DNA of 63,946 bases, the filler included, from Sandaracinaceae bacterium (GTDB taxonomy: Bacteria > Myxococcota_A > Polyangia > Polyangiales > JADJQN01), in NCBI GenBank assembly GCA_947483975.1. It is 7 parts of 7 records of this genome, joined end to end, with 100 filler letters (N's around TTAATTAATTAA, not from the genome) between each part and the next. Parts side by side here need not be neighbours in the genome. Positions count along the whole stretch, not along the records: positions 29,466 to 39,108 come from CANKOL010000196.1; 6 more parts are not named here. One strand, given 5' to 3'. The position numbers and the translations under genes are program-made. Positions 29,466 through 38,217 of the stretch are shown in pieces. The notes under the pieces were generated by a model. It ran no database searches, was not told the origin of the DNA, and worked only from the letters and a program-made list of their open reading frames with translations. Numbering within the stretch: position 1 is the stretch's first letter; the number at the start of each line of letters is the position of its first letter.

Positions 29466-29835
29466 CCCATGACCTGCCCAGCATTAAGCTGCGCAGCACT
29501 CGCCCCGGCCGAGACCGGAACGATGGGACCCGTTCACATTGCCCTGCGTCCTGCGTTTGACCGCAAGAGACAGAGCTTTAGATGGAACTCCGATTCAGTT
29601 TTCAGAAGCCGAGCTGATCTTCAGAAGCTTGACGCTCCCGAGGAACATCCGGGAAGAGGAGGCTCTTCTGTCACCGCCCTCTCGGGCAGCGTCCCCTTCC
29701 GCTGCGACCTGCGTCGGTCGCCGAGTTCGGAGGAGGGCCTTCTACGGTCGGCCGCTGCTGCTGCCGCCCTTCGAAGGGACGCGGATACTAGCGCTTCGGG
29801 CCGCCGCGTCAAGAACTTTTTGGTCTTTTTCATTC
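29466..29835 (-). promoter_or_regulatory. Probable rRNA-operon promoter and 5' leader (16S would lie beyond the contig end)
   Basis: Minus strand: A-tract UP element, TTGACG (29812-29807), 16-bp spacer, TAGTAT (29790-29785), GC-rich discriminator; GCTTCTGAAAACTGAAT at 29609-29593; lower GC, no credible ORF. Confidence 0.65.
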
Positions 29836-30185
29836 GGCGGCTTCTGACTCAGCGTACCGCTGCCGAAGCTCACCTGGACCCGTCGAAGCAGCATTCTGCC
29901 TGACGTCGCTAGGGTTTTCGTACTGCTTCCCTGGCGCCCCGCAGCGCTCTTCAGCACCGCGGAGGGCGCTAACTATCATGGCCGTGGAGGCTGTCAATCG
30001 TGATCCGTCGATCCTCATTCGCAATTCGCACGGGGGGTAGGCCAACGGGAGCCCGGAAACGCAGCCAAGCGACCGGAATCAAAGGGGAATGGCCGTCTTC
30101 GAGGGGGGTCGATGGGATCTGCGGTGCCGGGGCGGCGACGCTGAGGCGCGATCTCGCGGACGCCCTCGGGGCGGTCCGGAGGGGC

Positions 30186-31226
30186 TCAATCGAGGGGAAG
30201 GATCCAGGCCTCGTCGCCGGCTACGAGGCCGAGGTGCGCGGCGGTCTCCGGCGGAATGATGGCGCTTTCCTCGTGGCGACTAGGGTGAACCTCGGTCAGG
30301 GGCGACGCGACGGCGACGAAGTAGGGAGGTCCGTCGTGCTCGCGGGCGACGAGGGCGCGGGTGCCGGGCGGGACCTCGCCAATCGCGATGGGGACCCGGC
30401 GGGCGCGGGTGACGAGCGAGACCTCGTCGGTCGGCGCCACGAAATGGGGGCCGCCGTCGAAGGGGTCGACGCGCTCGGCATAGCGGAAGCCGATGCGGCG
30501 CAGGAGCTTCTCGACGCCCTTGGTCTGCGGGCCGACCTTGCCGATGATGTCCTGGGCCTGGGGGGAGAGGAGCGACGCGTAGATGTCGCCCTCGGGCCAG
30601 AGGCCGCGGATGAACTCCTTGTTCTTCTTGGAGAGGCGGTCGGCCTCTCGGTAGGAGAGCCCCGTGAAGTGGCGGCCGACGGCCTCCCAGAGGTGCGAGG
30701 TGCCGTCCGACTCGAGGGGCGGGAGGAGCTCGGCGAGCAGCTCGTCCTGCATCTCCTGGCGATGCATCTTGATCCACAGGAAGCGCACGTAGCTGATCAG
30801 CATGCCGAGGCGCTCGGGCGCGCGGCGGGAGTCCGGGTGCATCACGAGGCCGCCGATCTCCGTCGGGCCGTTGAACGAGTAGCCGATCGACAGGACCTTG
30901 TGGATGAAGTGCTTGTCGAGGGTGACGCTGTATTTCTCCTCGCTCATCACGTCGACGTAGATGTACGGGGCGTCGCGGCGGCCTAGCTGGCCGATGATCA
31001 TCGAGGTGCCGACGGCGCGCTGCTCGAGGAGGTCGCGCAGGACGAAGACGTACTCGCGGCGGCGCGGGTCACCGAGGTTCGCCGAGAACGAGCGCTCCGA
31101 CATGTCGAGAAGCTCGGTGACGGCGGTGGAGTCGTGCGGGAGGTTGACCGAGTCGAGGAACTTCGCGAGGTGCAGGAGGTCGTCGTGGTCTCGGCGGGTG
31201 GCTGCGCGGATCTCGTAGCGAATCAT
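30186..31226 (-). CDS. astA: Arginine N-succinyltransferase
   Basis: NLP, YVFVL, VGTSMI, TEIGGL, LISYVRFL, LLAEL, GPQT, GFRY..RVDPFDGGP motifs. Confidence 0.88.
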   Translation of the reverse strand: MIRYEIRAATRRDHDDLLHLAKFLDSVNLPHDSTAVTELLDMSERSFSANLGDPRRREYVFVLRDLLEQRAVGTSMIIGQLGRRDAPYIYVDVMSEEKYSVTLDKHFIHKVLSIGYSFNGPTEIGGLVMHPDSRRAPERLGMLISYVRFLWIKMHRQEMQDELLAELLPPLESDGTSHLWEAVGRHFTGLSYREADRLSKKNKEFIRGLWPEGDIYASLLSPQAQDIIGKVGPQTKGVEKLLRRIGFRYAERVDPFDGGPHFVAPTDEVSLVTRARRVPIAIGEVPPGTRALVAREHDGPPYFVAVASPLTEVHPSRHEESAIIPPETAAHLGLVAGDEAWILPLD

Positions 31227-31253
31227 GGTTCCCCGTGCTTGAAGCGCTCGGCT

Positions 31254-31730
31254 TCAGAAGAGCTTCTTGGTGTCGATGAGGATGGTGATCGGCCCATCGA
31301 CCTCGGCGCTCACGCGCATCATGGCGCGGAACCGGCCGGTGGCGACCGGCAGTCCGCGGGCGCGGAGCGCTGTGCAAACGGCCTCGTAGAGCGGCTCGGC
31401 GAGGGCGGGGGGCGCGGCTGTGGTGAAGGACGGGCGGCGCCCGCCGCGGACGTCGCCGAAGAGGGTGAACTGCGAGACGACGAGCACGGCGCCGGCAACG
31501 TCGGTCACGCTGCGGGAGAGCTTGCCGGCGTCGTCCTCGAAGATGCGCAGGGTCGCGAGCTTGTCGGCCATCGCGGCAACGTCGGTCGGGGTGTCGTCGG
31601 CGCCGACGCCTAGGTAGACGAGCAGGCCGTGGGCGATGGCGCCTGTCGTGACCGCGTCGGCGGGGTCGGCGCTGGTGGGGTCCGGGACGACGACGGCTGC
31701 GCGGGTGACGCGCTGGGCGACGGCTCGCAT
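31254..31730 (-). CDS. dtd: D-aminoacyl-tRNA deacylase
   Basis: ATG at 31730 (MRAVAQRV); LRIFED, VSQFTL, GRRPSF, DGPITI motifs. Confidence 0.95.
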   Translation of the reverse strand: MRAVAQRVTRAAVVVPDPTSADPADAVTTGAIAHGLLVYLGVGADDTPTDVAAMADKLATLRIFEDDAGKLSRSVTDVAGAVLVVSQFTLFGDVRGGRRPSFTTAAPPALAEPLYEAVCTALRARGLPVATGRFRAMMRVSAEVDGPITILIDTKKLF

Positions 31731-31780
31731 ATGGGAGAGCGGGCTAACACGGGTGACGGGCGGGGAGCAATCGGGGCGCG

Positions 31781-32050
31781 CATTGCGGCCAATGCGCCGG
31801 GCACCCGCGCGGGAGGCGCGGACAATGCTGGCAATGCGCGCGGGAGCACGCCGGGCCGCGCGACCGATGCTGGCATTCCGCGAGGCACGGGCGCCGCGCC
31901 GCGCCGTCGATGCTGGCAATGCGTGACCGCCCTACCCGCAGGCCCGGGGGGATTGCCGGCATTGGCCGCGCGGCGCGCCGAGGCGCCGTCTGGGATTCAC
32001 AGCATTCAGGGGAGCGGCGGCGGCTCTTGGGCGCGCAATCGGGGCATTCC
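31781..32050. repeat. Phased array of seven degenerate 15-bp motifs with 42-43-bp period
   Basis: Motif starts at 31781, 31823, 31865, 31908, 31951, 31994, 32036; majority consensus SRWTGCNGGCAWTSC; unrelated 27-28-bp GC-rich spacers. Confidence 0.85.
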
Positions 32051-32181
32051 GGCGGGCACAGCGAGGGGCGCGAGCCGAGGAGCGGCGATTTTTTGCGGGG
32101 ACGCAACTCGCGGCGAGCTGGGCCGAAACCTGACGCGTACCTCGGGATGGTCCCGGGGCACACCACTCGAGGAGACGCACC

Positions 32182-33075
32182 ATGACCGACCCGAAGCCCA
32201 CGCACGTTCAGCCCCGCCCCACCCTGCAGCCCGCGCCGACCTTCACTCGTTGGGCCGACGCCTACGACGCCTACAAGGACCTGATCGCCGCGGTCAGCGA
32301 CGACACGCTGCTGCACATCAACGTCGACATCGCGTCGGTCGTGACGATGATCTGCGGTGCGTGGCCGCAGATCGAGGTGCTGCGCCCGCAGCTCGCCACG
32401 CTGCCGGCGTTCGACCCGGTGATGTTCGAGCGCGTCGAGGGGCTGGCGCTCGCGCTGGCGCACACCCAAGCGATGTACCTGAGCGCGAGCACGCCCGTGG
32501 GGACGCTGCCGGCGCTGGCGGCGGACGGGAGCAGGCTGCGCGAATGGCTGCTCGATGAGGTGAGGCTGCTCGCGAAGCGCGGGCTGGTGGACGCGGGGTT
32601 CACTGCGTCGTTCCGCGGCGGGAGCGGCTACAAGGTGATCGCGTTCGAGCTCGCGGCGCTCGTGAACTGTGTTCGGATGCTGTCGCCGACGGTCCGGGCG
32701 CGCTTGCACGTGACGGCCGAGGAGCTGACGGCGGCGGACGACCTCGAGCGCGCGATCACGCTGGAGCTTGGGCGGCGGGAGCAGGCCCCCGTCGTGGCGG
32801 CGGCCGTGTCTCGCACGCGCTCGCAGGCGTTCACGCTCGTCGCCGGGGCGTACGACGAGGTGCGGCGGGGCGTCTTGTACGTCCGCTGGCACGAAGGGGA
32901 CGGGGAGGCGCTCGCGCCGTCGCTCTATGCCGGTCGCGGCGGCCGACGGGGCGCGGAGAGCGAGGACGTCGCGGGTGGCTCGGCGGTAGCGCCCCCGGGG
33001 GCGGCGGCGACGACGCCCAAGCCGCGCATCGAGCCCGGGATGCCGGGGTCGAGCCCGTTCATCGACGAGCCCTGA
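32182..33075 (+). CDS. Hypothetical mostly helical protein (297 aa)
   Basis: GAGGAG RBS before the ATG, host-like codon bias, own terminator; no domain recognised. Confidence 0.85.
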   Translation: MTDPKPTHVQPRPTLQPAPTFTRWADAYDAYKDLIAAVSDDTLLHINVDIASVVTMICGAWPQIEVLRPQLATLPAFDPVMFERVEGLALALAHTQAMYLSASTPVGTLPALAADGSRLREWLLDEVRLLAKRGLVDAGFTASFRGGSGYKVIAFELAALVNCVRMLSPTVRARLHVTAEELTAADDLERAITLELGRREQAPVVAAAVSRTRSQAFTLVAGAYDEVRRGVLYVRWHEGDGEALAPSLYAGRGGRRGAESEDVAGGSAVAPPGAAATTPKPRIEPGMPGSSPFIDEP

Positions 33076-33160
33076 CGGGGCCGAAGCTGAGGGAGGCTCG
33101 AGGACGGCGGCGAGCGTGCAGGGACACGCGCTCGCAGGTGCGTGCGGAGGCCGACCGAGG

Positions 33161-33196
33161 GGGCGCGCCGGAATGGTCCGGCGCGCCCTTTTTTTT
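33161..33196 (+). terminator. Rho-independent terminator
   Basis: 12-bp stem GGGCGCGCCGGA-ATGG-TCCGGCGCGCCC followed by T8. Confidence 0.9.
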
Positions 33197-33363
33197 CGCC
33201 GCACCGAGGCCGGCTCGCGGCTCACGCGGGGGCGGCGGACGCGCGGGAGCCGACGATCCGGGATCTTCAGGATGTAAGCATCCATCTCGGCGCGAGTCCG
33301 GGGTTTCCACGGATTCGTCGTCGTGGTTCCCTCGGGCGCGGGTCCGGCTTACCATTCGGCGCG

Positions 33364-35064
33364 ATGACGAGTCACGAGGACCGCGCGGAGCTTGGTGCCT
33401 CCGGTCGAGCCGCCCCCGACGTGGGCAGCTCGAGCGGGACCTCGCTGACGTCGGGCGCCTCGGACACCGGGCTGCCGCAGGTCGCCGACACGATGCGGGC
33501 GGACAGCGACTCCAACCCCGAGGGGCGTTCGCGTCTGTCGAGCCCGGAGCTGCTCGAGGGCGATGTCCTCGACAACGCCTACCGCGTCATACGGCGTATC
33601 GGCGGGGGCGCGATGGGCACCGTCTACCTCGTCGAGCACACGCACCTCGGGCGGCGCTTCGCCGCGAAGGTCGTCGCCTCCGCGCACTGCACCGACGCCC
33701 AAGTGGTCGCTCGGTTGCGGAACGAGGCGCGCGTCGCGAGCTCGATTCAGCACGAGAACCTCGTCGACGTGACGCACCTCGGGCAGACCGCGGAGGGCGC
33801 GCTCTTCATCGTGATGGAGCTGCTCGAGGGCGACGATCTGCGCCATCGCTTGACGGCGCAGGAGGCCAACCTGGCTGCCCCGTGGCTGCCCGACGCGGAG
33901 ACGCAGCGCATCGCGCGCGAGGTGCTCGCTGGCCTCTACGCGGCGCACGAGGCGGGCGTCGTCCATCGCGATCTCAAGCCGGACAACATCTTCCTCTCGA
34001 CGAACGGCGGCGTCGCGCGAGCGAAGATCGTCGACTTCGGGCTGTCGAAGCTCTCGGGCGGCACGGACGAGATGCGCCTGACCCGCACGGGCCAGATCAT
34101 GGGCACGCCGCTCTACATGGCGCCCGAGCAGACGCGCGGCTCGGCTGGGATCGACCACCGCGCGGACCTCTACGCGATGGGCGTCATCCTTTACGAGCTG
34201 GTGACGGGCCGACTGCCCTTCGAGGCGCAGACGATCTACGACCTCATCGTCAAGCACGCGACTGAGCAGCCGCCCGGGCCGCGCACGCACCGCCCGGACC
34301 TCCCTGAGGCGGTCGAGGCCGTCATCATGCGCTGCCTCGAGAAGAAGCCGGACGCCCGCTTTCAGAGCGCGCGCGAGCTGCTCGAGGCCTGGGAGGGCGC
34401 GTGGAGCGGGACGTTCCCGACCGAGGCGCCGGCGGCTGCAGGCACGTCGGGAACGGCTCAGGCGGTCGCGCTGCCCGGTCCTGCGGTGGGCGTCGGAGCG
34501 AGCTCCGGGCCCGCACTCGAGTCCAGCCCGGACGCGGGTCGTGGGTCGAGGCCCGAGGTGAGCTCCAGCGCGGGGCCGAGCGCTGCCCCTGTGGGGCAGC
34601 CGCGCGGGAAGCTGTGGGCCGGCGTCGCGGCGCTCGCCGTGCTCGCGGGCGTCGGTGGCGTCGTGTGGGCGACGATCGGCGGCTCGGGCTCAGAGCAGGC
34701 GCCCGCGCCGACGAGCGCCATCGCGCCTCCGGCGGCAGAGCCACCGCCCGCTCCGCACGTGCAGCCCGTGCCCGACGCGCCTGCGAGGCCGCCTCAGACC
34801 GTCGCCGCGTCGGCGGATGTTCGCCGCATCGTGGCGAGCAGCCCGCCCGGTGCCACCGTCGAGCGAGGAGGGACGACCCTCGGGACCGCTCCCGTCGAGG
34901 TCGTGCTCGTCGGCGGCGCGTCGGTCGAGGTCACCCTCCGCGCCGCCGGACGCCGCCCGGTCACTCGGGTCATCACGGCTTCCGACCCACCGACGGTGAC
35001 GGTCGCGCTCGAGCACGCTGCCAGGCGGAGCGACCCGGCGCTGCCGACGCTCGCGCCGCGCTGA
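33364..35064 (+). CDS. Hanks-type Ser/Thr protein kinase with TM helix and C-terminal PEGA-like domain
   Basis: GGGAMG, AAK, HRDLKPDN, DFG, GTPLYMAPE; TM LWAGVAALAVLAGVGGVVW; SSPPGATV...LGTAP. Start set at ATG 33364. Confidence 0.92.
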   Translation: MTSHEDRAELGASGRAAPDVGSSSGTSLTSGASDTGLPQVADTMRADSDSNPEGRSRLSSPELLEGDVLDNAYRVIRRIGGGAMGTVYLVEHTHLGRRFAAKVVASAHCTDAQVVARLRNEARVASSIQHENLVDVTHLGQTAEGALFIVMELLEGDDLRHRLTAQEANLAAPWLPDAETQRIAREVLAGLYAAHEAGVVHRDLKPDNIFLSTNGGVARAKIVDFGLSKLSGGTDEMRLTRTGQIMGTPLYMAPEQTRGSAGIDHRADLYAMGVILYELVTGRLPFEAQTIYDLIVKHATEQPPGPRTHRPDLPEAVEAVIMRCLEKKPDARFQSARELLEAWEGAWSGTFPTEAPAAAGTSGTAQAVALPGPAVGVGASSGPALESSPDAGRGSRPEVSSSAGPSAAPVGQPRGKLWAGVAALAVLAGVGGVVWATIGGSGSEQAPAPTSAIAPPAAEPPPAPHVQPVPDAPARPPQTVAASADVRRIVASSPPGATVERGGTTLGTAPVEVVLVGGASVEVTLRAAGRRPVTRVITASDPPTVTVALEHAARRSDPALPTLAPR

Positions 35065-35076
35065 GTCGGCGGCCGC

Positions 35077-36084
35077 TCACCGAGCCCGGATCAGCGTCAC
35101 CGCGACGAAGGCGGTGCGACCTTCGACGACGCTGACCGCCGCGGTCCACTCGAGGTAGCCCTCGGCGGAGACGGCGACCTGATGGGTCCCGACGGGGATG
35201 CCCTCGAGCCGCGCGGGCGCTTCAGCCACGGCGCGCCCATCGACCCGCACCCGCGCCCGCACCTCGCCGGTCGTGACGAGGAGTCGCCCCGTCCGCGCGG
35301 GCAGCGGCTCGAGCACGAGGGCCCGGTGATCGTCGGCGTCCCGCACGAGGCGCACCTCGACCGACGCGTCGCGGTACCCCGGGGCGCTCGCGCTCACCGA
35401 GTACGTCCCGACGGGTAGCGTCACGGCTTGCCCGGGCGGCGTCGGCGTCTCGGCGTCACCGCGATGAGCCAGCACCGTCGCGGTCGCGGGCGTGACGTCC
35501 ACCGTCAGCCGTCCCCGATGCGGGGGCAGCGTGGCGTGGACCTCGCTGGGTACGCCGACGACGGCGGTCACGGCGACGGTCGTGCTGGTGTGGTCGGCGA
35601 GGACGAACTCCAGCTGATGCGTCCCGGGCGACAGACCGAGCGTGCGCGGCGCACGCCCAAACGAGCCGAGGTCTCGGCGGTCGACGTAGAGCTCCGCGCC
35701 GGGCGGGTCCGACTCGACTCGCACGAGCGCGAGGCGGGCGGCGAGGGTTGTGTGTCGGGCCGTCGCGTCGGCGCGCAGGGACTGGTCGGCGTCGGGGCTG
35801 GCGAGGAATTCGTCGAAGTACGCGAAGGCCATCGCCTCGCGGTGGGCAAGCTGCGCGCAGACGCCGATGTTGTAGAGGCTGCTGGAGCTCGGAGCGGCGC
35901 GGTACGCGCGCAGAAACGCCTCGAGCGCCTCGGCCCAATGCCCGCGCTCGAACGCCGCGCGCGCGACGCCGTCGAAGAAGCGCGACTCGGTCGCGTCGTC
36001 GGCGCGCACCGGGGCGGCGGTGAGCGTGCCGCCCGCGAGCGTCGTGCCGACGACCGTGAGGACGGTGAGGGCTCGGAGCAGCAT
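35077..36084 (-). CDS. Secreted TPR + multi-PEGA domain protein
   Basis: Signal peptide (..VRA-DD), TPR-like helices with LYNIG, ESDPPGAELYVD PEGA repeats; start at ATG 36084. Confidence 0.85.
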   Translation of the reverse strand: MLLRALTVLTVVGTTLAGGTLTAAPVRADDATESRFFDGVARAAFERGHWAEALEAFLRAYRAAPSSSSLYNIGVCAQLAHREAMAFAYFDEFLASPDADQSLRADATARHTTLAARLALVRVESDPPGAELYVDRRDLGSFGRAPRTLGLSPGTHQLEFVLADHTSTTVAVTAVVGVPSEVHATLPPHRGRLTVDVTPATATVLAHRGDAETPTPPGQAVTLPVGTYSVSASAPGYRDASVEVRLVRDADDHRALVLEPLPARTGRLLVTTGEVRARVRVDGRAVAEAPARLEGIPVGTHQVAVSAEGYLEWTAAVSVVEGRTAFVAVTLIRAR

Positions 36085-36190
36085 CGGGAGCGTGCGGCGC
36101 ACGGCGCGAGCTTCGTTGGTTTCCGCTGCGCGGAGCAAGCGGATTCCAGCGTCCTTGTGCGAGCGGGGCCACCAGGCGATGCTCGGGTCC

Positions 36191-37501
36191 ATGCGTTCCG
36201 CGGGTTCTGCTTTCGCGCTGATCTGCCTCGTCCTGGCTGGGGCTCCGGTGGCGCGCGCGGATGACGCGGAGGAGTCGCGCTTTCACGACGACCTCGGACG
36301 CCAGCACTATCAGGCCCACCGCTTCGAGCCGGCGCTGCGCGAGTTCTTCGACGCGGCTCGCCTCGCGCCGAGCCCCTCGATCACGTTCAACATCGCGGTC
36401 TGCTTCGACCTGCTCCATCGCGCGGACGACGCGTACCTCTTCTTCCGCGAGTACGTCGCGAGCGACGACGCCGACGCCGAGCGACGCCGCTTCGCGACCG
36501 CGGCGATCGCTCGCCTCGAGGTCGCCGTCGCGCGCCTCGCGGTGACGAGCGAGCCCCCGGGCGCGAACATCTACGTAGACCAGCGCGAGCACGGCGGCTA
36601 CGGCAGCACGCCGCGGGTCCTCGCGCTCCCGCCGGGCGCGCACACGATCACGCTCGAGCGACCTGGCTACCGCCCGGTGACGATGCAGGTGGAGGCGCGC
36701 GAGGGCGCGGAGGTCGCGGCGGCGGGCGCGCTGGTGCGGATCATCGGGACCCTGCACGTTGCGGCGACGAGTCAGGCGGCCGTCGAGGTGCGTGAGGCCG
36801 GGGGTCCGATCGTGGCGCAGGGGGAGAGCCCGCTCGAGGTGAGTGTCCCGCCGGGGCTCTATCAGCTCGAGGTGCGCGCGCCTGGGTTCCGTCCGTTCAC
36901 CACGATGTCCCGCGTCGAACCCGATGGGCGCACCGAGGTGCAGGCCGCGCTCGAGGCGCTCCCGCCTCCGACGGGCGATCTGACGATCACCTCGAGCGCG
37001 GCCGGAGCGCTCATCCAGCTCGACGGCGAGCGGACGGGCTTCGCGCCGACGCTGCTGCAAGGGCTTTCGCTCGGAGAGCACCGGGTTCGCGTCGAACACG
37101 CGGGGCTCGCGCCGTACGAGGGCACGGTCTCCATCGAGGAGAACTCCCGCGGGTGGCTGACGGTGGCGCTCGAGGAGCCGCCGGTCACGCAGCGCTCGCC
37201 GGTGACCTGGGCGGTCGGCGGGGTCGGGATCGCGGCGCTCGTCGCGGGGGCTGTGGTCGGCGGGCTCGCCGTCGCCAATCACTCGGCGTTCCTCGACGCG
37301 CGGGCGCAGGTCGCGGCTGGTAGCGCGGCGGCGCGGTCTCCGAGCGCGCTCCGCGACACGGGCGAGTCGCTCAACCTGACGACCGATGTGCTGCTCGGCG
37401 TGGGCGTGGTCGCGGCGGCCACCGCCGTCATCCTGTACTTCGCCACCGAGTACACGGACGTGCGCCAATCCCGCGCGGCGTTCAGCGCCGGCGAGCGCTG
37501 A
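36191..37501 (+). CDS. Secreted TPR + multi-PEGA protein with C-terminal hydrophobic hairpin
   Basis: Signal peptide (..ARA-DD), TFNIA TPR-like helix, SEPPGANIYVD, three PEGA-like repeats, two Gly-rich hydrophobic segments. Confidence 0.85.
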   Translation: MRSAGSAFALICLVLAGAPVARADDAEESRFHDDLGRQHYQAHRFEPALREFFDAARLAPSPSITFNIAVCFDLLHRADDAYLFFREYVASDDADAERRRFATAAIARLEVAVARLAVTSEPPGANIYVDQREHGGYGSTPRVLALPPGAHTITLERPGYRPVTMQVEAREGAEVAAAGALVRIIGTLHVAATSQAAVEVREAGGPIVAQGESPLEVSVPPGLYQLEVRAPGFRPFTTMSRVEPDGRTEVQAALEALPPPTGDLTITSSAAGALIQLDGERTGFAPTLLQGLSLGEHRVRVEHAGLAPYEGTVSIEENSRGWLTVALEEPPVTQRSPVTWAVGGVGIAALVAGAVVGGLAVANHSAFLDARAQVAAGSAAARSPSALRDTGESLNLTTDVLLGVGVVAAATAVILYFATEYTDVRQSRAAFSAGER

Positions 37502-37560
37502 GGCGCGCCGGTCCCGCCGCCGCGATGTAAATCCGCGCGCTTCTGTGGTACGCGGACAGG

Positions 37561-38217
37561 GTGAGCGTGGTCGTGGGCCTGACGGGCGGGATCGCATCGG
37601 GAAAGAGCACCGTGGCGCGCCTATTCGGCGGGCTCGGGGTGCCCGTCGTGGACGCGGACGAGGTGGCGCGGGAGGTCGTCGCGCCCGGCAGCGAGGGGCT
37701 GCGCGAGGTCGTCGCGGCGTTCGGCGCCGGGGTGCTGACGAGCGAGGGCGCGCTCGACCGGCAGGCGCTCGGGGCGATCGTGTTCGGCGACGCCGCGGCG
37801 CGGGCGAAGCTCGAGGGGCTCACGCACCCGCGCATCGCGCTCGAGAGCGGCAAGCGCCTCGCGGCCGCGGGCGCGGGCGGCGCGCCGTATGTGCTCTACG
37901 AGGCGGCGCTCCTCGTGGAGAACGGCGCCTATCGGATGTTCCCCGCGCTCGTCGTGGTGACGGCGCCCGAGCACGTGCAGCGGGCGCGGCTCGCGGCGCG
38001 AGACGGGCTCGACGAGGCGCAGGTGGGCGCGCGCATCGCGGCGCAGGCGCCCGTCGCCGCGAAGGTCGCAGTGGCCGACTGGGTGATCGACAACGGCGGG
38101 GACCTCGCGACGCTCGAGGCGCGGGTGCGGGAGGTCCACGAGGCGATCCTCGACAAAGTCGGGCTCAGGAGCCCTGCTGGGCGCGCAAGCGTGGACGGGA
38201 GAGGCGACGCGACATGA
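37561..38217 (+). CDS. coaE: Dephospho-CoA kinase
   Basis: GLTGGIASGKST P-loop, DAD, LDR, THP, DN motifs. Confidence 0.95.
   Translation: MSVVVGLTGGIASGKSTVARLFGGLGVPVVDADEVAREVVAPGSEGLREVVAAFGAGVLTSEGALDRQALGAIVFGDAAARAKLEGLTHPRIALESGKRLAAAGAGGAPYVLYEAALLVENGAYRMFPALVVVTAPEHVQRARLAARDGLDEAQVGARIAAQAPVAAKVAVADWVIDNGGDLATLEARVREVHEAILDKVGLRSPAGRASVDGRGDAT

Noticed and set aside
29469..30045. Short ORFs in the lower-GC segment
   Set aside because: No codon bias or motifs; better explained as promoter/leader DNA.
31781..32050. CRISPR interpretation of the periodic array
   Set aside because: Repeats are only 15 bp and degenerate, with no cas genes or AT-rich leader; kept as a non-CRISPR finding.
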